From Azolla caroliniana (lineage: Eukaryota; Plantae; Polypodiophyta): a stretch of DNA of 64,000 nt. The notes under the pieces are model-generated. The model was not told the origin of the DNA and searched no databases. It worked only from the letters and a program-made list of their open reading frames with translations. The translations under genes and the position numbers were made by a program. Shown piece after piece: positions 14,001 through 26,909 of the stretch; the first letter of the stretch is position 1; every line of letters begins with the position of its first letter. The stretch is taken from NCBI GenBank assembly GCA_043228905.1, contig JBHGNT010000004.1, forward strand, positions 24,924,001 through 24,988,000. The letters are read 5' to 3'.

Positions 14001-15518
14001 TATAAACTAGTGCCCTTCATCACCAACCAATACGAGCCAAATCCTATGGCTTACAATGAAGGGAGGGTAGGGTGGGAGGTGAGTAAGAAACAACCAACAT
14101 GGAGGCTGGTAGTTCCACCTTGGGTTGTTTCCTCCTTGCATCACCATCCGCATGTTCCACCATTTCTACTAGAAGCGCAAATGGGTGGTGACCACATCGT
14201 TGGAGTGGCCAATCATGTATTGCCTTCAATTTCTCTCATACACTCTAGTCTCCTAGAGGCTAAAACCCTTTCAAATAATGGTCCCTATGTTTTGTCAAAT
14301 TTAAGGCACCCTATTGTCGGGTTCTAGTGTTTTAAACCCATCATGGAACTACTTTCAATGGTTCCCAACCTTGGTGACAAACACATTTCTTCACTTCTCT
14401 ATATCCCCTCATCCAAAGTGCCTTGGCAATTGGTTCAATTTACAACATCTACAATTTCTCCAAATACATAAAAAAATATCTCTCACCTCACTATTAACCT
14501 TGTAACCCAACTGGCTTTATGCAAAAATCACTCTTTTTACATGCTTAGCATGTCGAGCAATTCAGGAAAGCTATGCTAACATATTAAGAGTGTCACTAAA
14601 ACGAACACCGAGAAGGTTGAGCTCATATGTGCATGCTTTTGAAGTATGAGTATCCCTTTGTGCTTGGAAGTATGGGTATCTCTTTTTAGGTAGAAGATAA
14701 TAAAGAACATTCATGTACTCATGTCTTTTAGGTTAATATTGGCCTCTCTATGGGCACTAGAAACTATCTATATATCCATATATCCTCTCTAAATTTATGA
14801 GTACTATATTCTATATTGAAGCTCTTGACATTTGTACCCTATGGTTACACAAAATCCCATTACCATGGCATCTTCTTAATATCATTATGTTGTCTCTTCA
14901 AACCTTTATCCTATAGAGCATTCCATAAATTAAAGTTTAATTGTACACATGTCTGATTTCAACTATAATATCAGAATTGAGCAACTAAATGCATTAAACG
15001 AAAGTTTACATATTTCTCTTCTCTCCTCTTCATGTCAATTGCAACAGTGTATTTAGGCTTTACCTTGTTACATTTTTCATTATATTTTGAAAAGGAAAAG
15101 GGGTTCCATATTGAAGAAGTCTTGTGAAAATATAATAACATCTACTAACTATAGAAAATGCTCATGTAAGCATGCATTTTTGTGTGTATATATTTATATA
15201 CAATTACATGCACGTGTAAAAACCATAATTGATGAATAAAATCCATGATTGTTTGCCTAGAACAAAGATTATACATCAAGAAACTATAAATTGAGCAGGG
15301 GAGAATGATTTCAACAAAATAATGCATACCAGAATGGTAGAACGAAGACTTGGATCAAAAGCTTTTTTCGATCATATACCAGCATATCATCCCCCATAAA
15401 ACTGAGTACAAACATGAAAGGAAGCATCCTTTCCATGACCAAAAAGCATCCATAATAAAGGATTTCCTGAAATGATGGCACCAGAATTTGTGGTAGTGAG
15501 GACATGTACTTAATTTGC

Positions 15519-18500
15519 CTAAGCATGTGATGATGATGACGACGAAGATGCCGATGCCGATGCCGTTGACGATGTGGGTTTTGTCTCTGGTTTTGGTGGT
15601 TTTGGAGCTGGGTATGGTGGCAATTTTGTTATTCTCTTATCCTCAATAGATGCACCAACCGTAAAAAGATAGAGACTCTGGAACTCTTTGCCTTTCAACC
15701 CAAGGATTTCATGAACTGCAAAAACCATTGGAAAACCCACTCATTTTATAAGGGAATCATTAGATCCAAAAACATTTGAAGCCCAGACATAAGTTCCATA
15801 TTTATTTACCAAAGAAAGGCTACATGGCATTGTTGTAGAATACTTGGCATAAAATAAATGTAGAATACGTATGCTAAGTATTCTAACTTTTTTTTAAATA
15901 CTTAGAATACATATTTTATAGATAAAATACCTAAAATACGTTACATAATTCTTAAAATTTAAAGTTTTTTTCAAAAAACATTACAATTTTTTTAAAACGT
16001 TTTTGAAATGATAAATACTTGTTAAATACGTAGAATACATCAAATTTAAAAAACGGCAGTTCTAAAATGTAGAATATGTGAGAATACTTCACAGTATTCT
16101 AAAATGTATTCTACACGTAGAATACACGTTTTTTAACAACTATGCTACATTGGAATATAGAAACCTAAAATGCTTTCAAGGCAGCACTTTACATGCTACA
16201 ACGAGCAATGTTTTCAAGTCTTGAGCGAGGGTGTTTGGTTTCAATAACACCTTCCTATTTTTGCTTGAGATTTTTGTGTCTACTAGAGTGAAGATTTCCT
16301 TTTTATACAATTGATAAGCCATGCATGAATTGGCATGCAAATTTTAGAGCCATGTGGGAACCCACAAATACACCCTCTCTCAGACTTACTGTAACACATC
16401 CTTTCTAACTCTTTACATCAGTTAGATTCCCTCCTCTTATTGCCAACTTCGAGTCAGAGTGGGCTTGTGTGGAGAACCGTAATGCATCTCATGGACTACA
16501 TCACGTGCATTAGTAAGGTGGACAGTGGGTTCACAAGTGGCCCCTGATAACAGATAACCTTTTCACAACATAAAGTAATGGAACCAGCAGCATATTATCC
16601 TCGAGTCCAAATCCCCTCAGGTTGGCACTCTTCCCATCCTTGACTTATATGGCAGGATGCTCTTCACATTATCAACCAGGAAGTGGAGATTCATAATAAG
16701 CTTTTAGGAGCATCATATGAAATACGCCATGAATCCAGAAATGTGCTGGTAGGGCGAGTCAAAAGGCCATTGGAAGGGCTCCAATCGTTTCAGAGAAGCA
16801 AAAAAATCCCAATCTTTTGTGACCTTTGGTGCAAGGTCAAGTTGTGGCCATATTTCAACCCAGAAGTCACACCTTGTCACCGACCTTAATGTTGGATTAC
16901 AACCCCATGAAAATCATCCTTCTCATTATACTGTGTCTGAACCTTCGCAAGTCTGTGCGCTACGTAATGAATCCCTGCTAGTGTCATGGCTCGCTCCTCC
17001 CCAGATGGATTCACCAGACTGTCAGGTATAATCTACACTAAAGCGAGGATGGAAACTGTCGCTTTAGTGAAGAAGGGTGTTGTACCGATCGAAGAATGTA
17101 CGATGTAGTTGAAAACGAACTCAGCTAATGGCAAGAATAGTACCCAGTCATCTTGATAGCTCACTGTGCACCTGAGTATTGTTCAAAGATTTGGTTGACT
17201 TGTTCAGTTTGATTATCAGTTTGCAGGTGGAATGTTGAAGATAACTTCGCTGCAATTTTGAGGAGTTAAAGAACAATCACAATGGTCTTTAGGCCCATTC
17301 CTCCTACTCATGTTACAAGACAATCAAAGGATACACAAATGGGATCCCGACTAGGACATTGCAAAGAGGTTAGAAAATGTCAGGCAATAGCAATTTGTTG
17401 TGCATGTAGGCCATGGCCTCGTGAACCACAATCTCAACACCCTTGCCATCAAAGATAAAGGCCATTATCTCCCACCGTTGCATGTGCTTCTCTCACTCTG
17501 AGGACATCTCCATTTTGGATCAGCTATGCTAGAGAGCTTTCAAAGACAAAATTACAATGTCTGACTTGAGAATCTTACAGGTAGAGAGACGAAATTCTTT
17601 CGTCATGTCTTACTCTATTTCTATTTACGTTTTACTTAGTCACATTTATTTTCGTTTGTTGAGCTTAAAGACAAGACAACATTTTAAGATGCAAACTCTT
17701 GTTTGGTTTTATAGGCCATTCTGGCCTCTTAAAATTCATTAGTATATGTCTTTCGTTCTATGTATCTATCTCATGGATGATAAAATTTGGCCTCCTCGAG
17801 GACAATAAAAATATCTTGTATTCTATTCTCTCTATCTAGATATCTAGATATCTAGTTATCTATCTTTGGCTGTTGGATCCATGGTTTATATCATAGCATC
17901 AAATTCATAAATTTGAGAGAACTCAATTTTCATTCTCTCCATGATATGGTCCCGTCCCATAGATTGTATTCAATCTCCCAAGGGACATTAATAAAATCTC
18001 TCCATCAATTTGCTATCAGATAGAAACCTATGAGTGAGTTCATAGAGTGAGGGTTTAATAGTCACACACTCAGCTGTGTACTCTTGCAATAATATTCGTT
18101 AAAAAACAAGTATTCTATGTTTAGAATACGTTTTAGAATACTCTGAAGTATTGTACACGTATTCTACGTTTTAGAACTACCAATTTTCACATTTTCACAC
18201 ATTCTACATATTAATTTTAAAAATTAATTTTTTTGAAAAAAAGAATAATTTTAAGAAGTATTTAACATATTTTACACGTAATCTACGTATTTAAAGTATT
18301 CTACAAGTATTCGAAGTATATAACATATGTAGCATATTTTATCTGTAAAATACATATTCTAAGTATTTTAAAAAAAAGGTTAGAATACTTGTAGAATGCT
18401 TACAATAATATTTCTAAGCCCCATTAACCACTATGATCTCCTCTATGATCTCCTCTAACTCTAACCTTTAATTCATGTACTACTTTCCCCTCGTGTTTTT

Positions 18501-20688
18501 ACCATTATTTATTGTACAACGTTGCTTAACTTCCTTTTCTAGAGTTACCATAATCTTTGATTTTAGAAATGTATCATGCATAAAATGATGTTTGTAAACT
18601 TGATTTCCTTGGTCGGTTTGACCTTTGGCATAGGATAATATTCTTTATTTCATTTCGTCCCTCTCGATTCACCCTCTTTTTTTCTCTCTCATAAGCATTT
18701 TTGCTTTCTTAAGAAGTTTATAGAATGACCTGGATCATCGAAGTAGGATCCTATTCCAGCGGCAGAAATGCCAAATGCATGTGCTTCAAGATATAATGAC
18801 TGCCCAAGGACTCCACTTTCCCAAAATAGACGAGAGTACATCCAAGCACCCCTTTCCTTGATTACATCAAAGCGGCCTATCATTGCTATACTGAAACATC
18901 CCGATCCCGCTATATCCTGCATTATGTATAGTTGTAGATGAGATATATTTACACATACACACAAAAATATACATATAAGCTCCTTAAGAAGGGCATAATC
19001 TTTCTTGAATTGAAAAGGCGGGTATTAAAAACGCAAACCTGAAGGCATGAAACTTGTGTGGCTAGCTGCTCACAATCAGCTTCTGCTAGCCGATACAATG
19101 GCAAGTTTTCTGGACATTTATGCGGTTTTTCCCAAAGGAAGTCTTGTCTTAGAGCCTTACGAAGGTTCTGTTCGTGTCCCGAGTTCCGAATAAGAAAATA
19201 TAGACCTTTGGAAAGGCCAGCAACCTTATGCACAAAAATGGCCATATGAACCTCAGAATTCCACGGAATCACTCTGAATGGCCATTGAGCAGTCTCTCCT
19301 TGAACTTCTATCCCAGGACCCGATGGCAATGATTTTGACATAATTTGATAGAATTCCTCACTTGATATAACATGAGTAGTATCCATTTTCACTGCACTTC
19401 GCCGCTTAAGTATAACTTCTCGGAGCGTATATGGCTTGTATATACTAGCAAGACCAGTTTGCAAAGGCAATGGCTTTGTATAGACTTGTATAGGATTGGT
19501 CACTTTCTTTGTACAAGCGATGGCCTTATCAACAGTATCCCACCATACATGCTCGTTGCTAAGTTGAGTAGGTCTTCCTCCCCATCGAGCTTGAGACATT
19601 CTTGAAGCTATTGTACTAGCCACTACTTCAGAAGGAACAATTGCACCTGTGACTTCTCCAATAGGTTCAGTTGTACTTCTGAAACCCCAATTCACCTTCC
19701 TCTTACCAGGGAAGCAGGCAACTAAACAAACCGAATGCTCTTGCTCAAGCTCAGGATAGTGACCTTTCTGTGGTGACCCAACAACTGGGTTTGGTTTCTT
19801 TTCATGTAAACCCAACAAATGGTCAAGATCATCATTACCCCATCCATCCACCAATATAGCATCCCATCCTTGAGCAGACCCCGCCATTGAAACTGCCCCT
19901 AGAATATGCCCTATATCTTGATGCACATATCTAAATGCTCTCTCGCCATACTTCCATGATTCCCTCCAGTAGATTGAAGAAAACCCAAGAAAAACCACAT
20001 CATTGGGTAGGTCTTTCTTCATCTCAACCCAAAGATCGTAAGGGATTTCACCTCGAATTTCTAATGCATGTTCTTTAGGGCAATAATGGGCAACAAATGG
20101 TTTATCATGGATACCTAACATCGTACCGCTAATGAAATAAACCTCAGTAGGGTGAAGATTTCCACTACTAGGGTTTACTCTTAGAGACCAGGTGGTGTCC
20201 CCCACTTTCCGCCATCCTGAGAGAGAAACACTGTCATAAAGAAGCTGAGATACTGCCGCTTTGGAGAGAATAGAGACATCATTGAAGCCCGTGAAAGCCT
20301 TGGGATATGGAGTTTGATTAGGGGGGCTCATATTGAGGGGATAATGTCTTAATGGGACTTGTGAGAGTCCCTGATACCTTCTGAAAGGACTTGGTTGTGT
20401 CGCAAAATCAAGGTTTTGTGGACCCTGCGCATATTTCTGTGGTGAATGCTTTGTTCTCTCGTGGTAAGATAACACAGCCTCTACATCAGGACCATAAAGA
20501 AGAGGAGAAGGCGGAGAGCAATGCGGGTTTTGAGCCTCTGACACCTGAGCTGAAGCAGAAGAGGAAGAGAAAGAAACGATCGGGCGGCACCATCGCGGAC
20601 CTCCTCGCAGGCTTGGTGCTGGGGTATAGAAATGTGATGTGAGGCCATGGCCAAGGCCAAAAGCTTGGAAGGTCCTCAGGCGCAGCAT
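15519..20688 (-). CDS. Nitroreductase-family protein with SagB/ThcOx-type dehydrogenase domains (At1g02020-like), probable organellar transit peptide; 3 exons
   Basis: Exons 20688-19039, 18916-18730, 15715-15519. Motifs YHERTKH, SLRVNPSSGNLHPTE, WRESWKYGERAFRY, ILKRRSA, SCLQ|DIA, LFWESGVLGQSLYLEA, GIGSYFDDP|VHEILG, FQSLYLFTVG. S/R-rich N-terminus. Confidence 0.9.
15828..16144. mobile_element. Non-autonomous hAT-like MITE (AGAATAC-rich), copy A
   Basis: Imperfect TIRs cattgttgta.../...taacaactatg. 8-bp flanks ctacatgg / ctacattg (7/8) are consistent with a TSD. Internal AGAATAC/GTATTCT subrepeats. Confidence 0.7.
16194..17250 (-). mobile_element. Degenerate Ty3/gypsy chromovirus 3' fragment (integrase C-terminus, chromodomain, PPT, ~200-bp 3' LTR)
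   Basis: Minus-strand translations with stops/frameshifts: KLSSTFHLQTDNQTEQVNQIFEQY, D*VLFLPLAEFVFNYIVHSSIGTTPF, WIHGVFHMMLLKAY, LDSRII...HYFML*KGY (chromodomain-like). A purine tract precedes TGTTAC (16396) ... GTAGCA (16194), with TATAAAA inside. Confidence 0.75.
18091..18410. mobile_element. Second, inverted and more decayed copy of the AGAATAC-rich MITE
   Basis: Reverse complement aligns by eye with 15828-16144 (e.g. aagtattctaac.tttttttaaa.tacttagaata and gttaaaaaac..gtattcta). No clear TSD. Confidence 0.7.
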
Positions 20689-20870
20689 GAGCGAGCTTCA
20701 GAAAAGGTGGGAGGAAGATTAGGGGGGGGAGAAGAGGAGAGGGTTCTGTAAGGGTTTTAGATCAAAAGAATTCGTGGGTTCGGTTTCTTTCTGTCTCTGA
20801 TTATCTGTCTCTGTGTGTGGCAGGTGGGGTTTTGTTCTAAATGTGTGTATGAGGGAGGGGATTTACCAAA

Positions 20871-21560
20871 TGATAGATATATATCATACATATATGTATA
20901 TATGGAGAGAAAGATACATAAATATAGCTAGATAGATAGATAGATCAATGGAGAGATACATACATAGATTGATATCTGTATCATATATATATGTATATAT
21001 GGATAGATAGATATGTAGATCAATGGAGAGATAGATACATAAATATAGCTAGATAGATAGATAGATCAATGGAGAGATAGATACATACATACATACATAC
21101 ATTGATATTTGTATCATACATATATGTATATATGGATAGATAGATATGTAGATCAATGGAGAGAGATACATAAATATAGCTAGATAGATAGATAGATCAA
21201 TGGAGAGATAGATAGATACATACATACATACATTGATATTTGTATCATACATATATGTATATATGGATAGATAGATATGTAGATCAATGGAGAGATAGAT
21301 ACATAAATATAGCTAGATAGATAGATAGATCAATGGAGAGATAGATACATACATACATACATACATTGATATTTGTATCATACATATATGTATATATGGA
21401 TAGATAGATATGTAGATCAATGGAGAGAGATACATAAATATAGCTAGATAGATAGATAGATCAATGGAGAGATAGATACATACATACATACATACATTGA
21501 TATTTGTATCATACATATATGTATATATGGATAGAGAGATACATACATACATACATACAT
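20871..21560. repeat. Compound GATA/TACA minisatellite, ~5 copies of a ~120-133-bp unit, upstream of the nitroreductase ATG
   Basis: Recurrent tatagctagatagatagatagatcaatggagag...cattgatatttgtatcatac. Spurious ORFs 21049 and 21313 repeat with a 264-bp offset. Confidence 0.92.
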
Positions 21561-22703
21561 TGATTGACTAATAAGTAGATATATTTTTTGAATGTCCACA
21601 CGAGATACCGATTGAGATCTATCTATCTATGAGAGATTTTAGTGCCCATGTTGCGGATTGAACTCCCCACCTCCATTTATATCGACTTTAGTTGGTGTGA
21701 TCCCTAGTTGGTCGACTCTAGGTTTATTCTCGGGGTTTATAATCAAAATTTCCAGTCTCAAAATCGTCGCCACCAAGCTAGTTAACAAAATGTGTCAGCG
21801 AGAAACCAATGACTCCCTTCACACTCTCGCTTGGAAACACCGATTGATTTGTTGCAGTGTGTCATAGAATCTGATGACAACACGATGGCCCTTCCAAGCC
21901 CAAACCAAACATTTGGCCATATACAGCACAAGAGATTTCCCCCAAGAAACAGATTTCATATCGATATACCTTATTCAATGTATATAGAAACTCTAGGATT
22001 AAAGCTTCCATTCACCATGTCTTAGTACTTACATTCTTGAGCTACTCCATTATACTAACTCTCAGTAATCTACCTTTAACTTTCTTAATATGATATTACC
22101 TAATGTATATTGTTTCATGAACATTTGAGAGGAGCATATCCACAAATAAATAGACCACCTCATGACTTCAAAAAATAGTCTACCTCAAATGCTCAATCTT
22201 TTGGGCAATGCTTTGAGTATGGCACCCAAATTCGTACTCCCACTTAACAAGCCTTCACCATTTTTGCAAATCACATTACATGCGGAGCACATGTGAAGTG
22301 ATATTCATCGTCCATATCATTGCATATTTTCATATTTGTTGTTTTTTATGTCATGATACTACTTCAATTAAAGATTGCTTCTTCGTCATCAACCTAGCTT
22401 CTTCCATGTATTTTTTGTTAGGTTTGTGGAGGGTAAATGAACTATTCACAAATATCATGAGTTAATTAGAATAGTTGATAATATTGTGAGCTAGAAAGAT
22501 GTGCATCAACTAAGAAAAATAGCTCAACTATCTAAATGTGAATTGTGAAATTTGGATAATTTGATTGAAGAGCGATGCATATTCTCTTTCACATATTCAT
22601 ACAAACTTCCTATATCCATGTGAAAGAAAACATTACAAGTGATTTCAAATCACTTGGATCACACATGATCATGGATTAGGTGAATATGTGTGCCATTCAA
22701 TAC

Positions 22704-23065
22704 AAAAACATGTATAGAACCAGCCGTTTCCTCTATTTCTACATATAATCATACGAAAGCGACATCTCCGAGTGTGGTATTTACTCAAAAACATGTATAG
22801 AACTAGCCATATCATCTCCATTTTACCATATATTCATAAGATGCAGGCCACCATGACATCTCCAAGTGTGTACTTCAACAAAAACATACAACCAGCCATA
22901 TCCTCATAAGAAAGTTGTCTCCTCAACAACTCCAGCTGAATCGATTTTAAACGGATTTTCACTGTACTTAAAAAGTACGTAGTATCTAATCAAAATAATG
23001 TTTGTAACCAGCCATGTCCTCTTTACCATATATTCATAGAAAGGTTTCACTTCACCATCTCCAAA
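22704..23065. repeat. Degenerate tandem repeat (~4 copies) downstream of thioredoxin
   Basis: Recurrent aaaacatgtatagaaccagcc...catat.ttcata...catctcc. Confidence 0.65.
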
Positions 23066-23247
23066 TGAAATAATTTAGGAAACATTTTCATCAGATGTTC
23101 AAAAAACAAATGTGTTTCAGGAGATCAGTGCAATAGAAACTTGAAGAGGAGTTCATCGATCAGATAGTTCCATTATTTCATAACTTCAATGACATTTGGC
23201 GTTTCCAATCAAAACAAATGTGTTATGTTTGTGAGATATAAAAGACA

Positions 23248-26216
23248 TTATTTGCTCCATGCAGCCAGCTTTTCTTTCAATGCATTCGCATTTGCACCAA
23301 TTACATCACCAATTGACTTTCCTCCTTGGAAAAACCTAAATGTCGGCTGCCAGATAAAAGAAAACCCAAATATCAATATATTCATATACACATATATGTA
23401 TATAAAGCACACTTCTCTCTCTCCCTGTGTGTGTGAGTGTGTGTGTGTGTGTATGTATGGATGTATTTATTTATTTATTTTAGGGGAACCACCAGAATAC
23501 CCCTAAGGTTTGTTTATATGTGTGTTACATATAAACAAACCTTACTTATCTCTCTCTCCCTATGTATATATTTATTTATTTACCTATTTTGAGAAAACCA
23601 CAAGAATACTCCTAAGTCAATAAACCATAATACTGTAACAGGGTGTCCTGGTAATTACTGAAAATAGGGGTATTCAGGTAGAACTACTCTTGTAAATATA
23701 GAAACTATTAGCATTTTTTTGCCCTCTAATTAATTTGTTCATTCGTTATATTCATCTATATACAACTCTCTCTCTGTCATATGTGCATATATAGAAGAGA
23801 AAAGGGAACACTGACCACTGAGGCTATTTTTTCATCAGACACTATTTCAGATAATTTTTCCTGCGAGGAAGCAAAAAACCACATCAAAGGTAACAAAAGA
23901 AACTCCAAATACTTTGATGTTTACAGCTTATCCAACAAAAGAAACATGAAAATAGAGAAACGAAAAAGTACTGACCTCATCAATGTCCACCTTCAAGAAT
24001 GTTGCTTTGTCATACTTGGTGCTAAGTTCATCGACAATAGGAGATATCATCTTGCCTTCAAAGTAGAAATAGTTTTACATGTCAAAACTCTAAAGTTGAG
24101 AATTAAACACAAATTGAAGAGATGACAGATGGGAGAAACTAGGACCTATACACTACAAGACTGCCCTGGACAGGATTCATAATATACAAACATATCAAAT
24201 TTTATCAATCACGGGCAGAGAAAGGTTCTAAGACACCTGAAATAAAATTTCAGACATGCATGATATAATATTTTGAGATTTTGTTTATTAAAAAATTTGG
24301 ACTTTAAGCTTTTTTTCTGTGTCATAAAGTCAGCTTCTTATTTTAAGTTATTTAACTGGAAAATGTCTCTGGTATATTCTTGTGCATGTGTTTAAATATC
24401 TCTTAGAGAAAGATATGGTGATTACAGGTAATAGAATGATTCTGTACAAGGTTCACTAGAAGACACTATGTGAAGAGAGAGGACAAAGGCACATCCAATT
24501 GACGATTATTTTAACATTCGTTATCTAACTATAAGAAGCCAGTTTAGAAATAAATGAATTTTTTGAAAGACATTCATCTTTGGGTCTGATACTCCCGGTT
24601 CATCATGTTATAAGTTATATTTACTCTAGATTGCCCATTTTACTGTCACATTTTCTACGGCTGCTCGGGTTATAGCTTATGAGGAGCATGTGTCAATACT
24701 TAAAACTAATCACAATTCATCATTTTAATCTTTCAGAATATTTCAATGTGCTCAACATATGATACATTAATAGTTTTGAATCACTTCATTGGAGATCCAA
24801 GCTTACCCATATGTGAAAATTAATTATTACTCACGCTAATACTTGTCTCCTGATTCAATTTCAACACAATTGGACTCACATGGACCACACCATTTCGCAG
24901 TGAAGTAGACCACAGCAAGTCCTTGATTCTCTAAGGGGAGAAAATGAGAAAATATAGGTTAGACTTCATAGATATTATAAAGTTCATAAAATCTAAAGAT
25001 AATATCGCAAAATGTCAGGGTGCATTCCAACACTACAACCTACTTTATACACAATGCTGCATGCAAACAATATTATACATTGATGTATATATCCATATAG
25101 CCACCCTAATATTTACATTAGTACTTCAAATGAAACACGTTTTTTGGGCCCAAACTTTTACATACAAAAACGTGACGTATTTCGCAAACAGTAACACGAT
25201 CAACAACACGGAGGTTTCTTCTTTTATTAACAGAAAAAAAAAGTGCATCTCCTTGCATTACCACACACAAGCACACACAGATGTTATCTTCTATGAACGA
25301 CATACACAGGAGTTTCTCCTTCCATTGATACACGCAAGACTTTCCTCTTTTGTTGGGAACATACACCCACACACAATAATTTCTTCTGCTTTCACTAAAG
25401 CACACAAGAAATTTCTTCTTTCCCTGATGCATGCAATAGTTCCTTTCTTCATTGACGCACAACAATGATTTCTTCTTCTCATATTGTTACACAATGGTTT
25501 CTTCTTATATTGTTAAAACAACAAAGAATTTTCACTATTTCTCTCTCACCTTGAGCCAAATTGAGAGCACTCAAGTACTCTGTATCACCCCTCACAACAA
25601 TGACCCTTGATGGGCTGCTTCCACCTGAAAGAAGGATTTTACAATAATAAAAATAAGAACCTACAAATGAAGAGGAAACCCTTTGAAAGTAACTTTTATA
25701 AAGCAATAATCATTTTTAAAAAATAAAATTCACTTTATAAATTAAAAACGAATTATTTAGAATTTCTTAAACAGTATGTACATAAAATAAAATAAAATTC
25801 CATCTACAATAATAATAAAATCATCTCCACTAAAAGCAATAAATAAAATTTCATAAAAAGACGGTAAAAACAAAATACAACAAAACCATCTCAAATAACA
25901 AAATCTCATCTTCAAAATTGAGCGATTTATTTCGATTTACTTTAAATATATTTTATTATCATTAAATTATGTCAATCTTCTGATGATTGGGACGATTTCA
26001 GAAAGAATGGGGGGAGGATGCGGGATACATACCAGACGGGGGAGCTGAAGTGAAGTGTCTGAAAGAGGAGAATGATGAGGTTTGCTGCTGTTGTCGTTGT
26101 GGGTGTTGATGTCGTTGCAGCAGATATAGAGATGGTGATCTCTTCTGTGTCATGGATTGAAGAGATGCTTCGGTTCTGAGTAGCTTCACAGCTGTGACCC
26201 TCGCTCTCCTCATCAT
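23248..26216 (-). CDS. TRXo: Thioredoxin o-type (mitochondrial), 6 exons
   Basis: Exons 26216-26033, 25624-25550, 24930-24880, 24055-23976, 23860-23816, 23346-23248. VVYFTAKWCGP|CKMISP active site split by an intron; FLKVDIDE; SV|PTFRFFQGGKSIGDVIGAN. R/S-rich presequence ending FRHFTSA. Confidence 0.92.
25205..25530. repeat. Degenerate ~30-bp minisatellite in thioredoxin intron 2
   Basis: Repeated acac(a)caa..tttcttct...att units. Confidence 0.6.
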
Positions 26217-26588
26217 TTTCTGCACACACACGCAGAAAAGCACAGAAAAATTTGGATCCAAGCAATGGAGTGGGGGGGGGGGGGGGGGGGGGGTGAAGGG
26301 GTTTATACATAAATCTAACTTCTAACCTAAACAAAAACTCAGGAAACATAGACCTGAGACTTTCCCTTCAATTTCCTGCCCCACCATGGCGGCCCTTGAC
26401 TGACTTTTCTTTTATTTCGGACACCATGCCCTTCATTTTCTAAGGTTTTTGATTTATCGCCCAATTTGCATAATAGTCTCCGGAATGCGGCCTGACTTTG
26501 ACTCTAACTCTGATTCTACTCTGACTCTGACGTACCACAATATGCTTGCAGAAATGTTGCAACTTGCGGCATCATCTTGGGTAGACAT

Positions 26589-26909
26589 TAAGAGTCGGCA
26601 ATAGCTCGGCTCAATCATGAACCGAGCCATTAACCGTTTTTAACGATCTGGCGGTTCGATTCTATTTGATTCAAGCTTTACCTTCTGTAATCGGTTTGGG
26701 ATGGCTCGAGCCAAACCGAATCGTTTTGGACTAAGACAGTTCTCAAGCCGGTAAAGGCTAACTATTTTGGGTCAACCAGTTAAGCCTTAATGGGTTTAGG
26801 AGCCCATTTGGTTGAAGTTGGAAAACCCCCAAACTAGTTAAGCCTTAATTGGTTTGGTTTGGATAATGCTAAACTGGTTAAACCGAAACTAAACCGTTGA
26901 CGATTCCTA
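26589..26909. mobile_element. hAT-like MITE with AACCG subterminal repeats, copy 1 (upstream of TRXo)
   Basis: Ends taagagtcggcaa ... ttgacgattccta. Flanks gtagacat / gaagagat (6/8). Dense AACCG/CGGTT motifs; homologous to 55464-55709. Confidence 0.7.

Noticed and set aside
14010-14505. Short ORFs that might be a gene or LINE remnant
   Set aside because: No convincing motif or splice structure.
17311-18021. Possible second LTR (TG...CA) followed by a decayed PBS tgctatcaga
   Set aside because: Terminal inverted ends do not match and there is no partner LTR or coding sequence; too weak to call.
15828-18410. Pack-MULE with 320-bp TIRs
   Set aside because: The left copy has its own short TIRs and 8-bp TSD, and no 9-11-bp TSD flanks the pair.
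15519-26216. Adjacent redox genes (nitroreductase and thioredoxin o) as a functional cluster
   Set aside because: Eukaryotic intron-containing genes with separate promoters; adjacency alone is not evidence.
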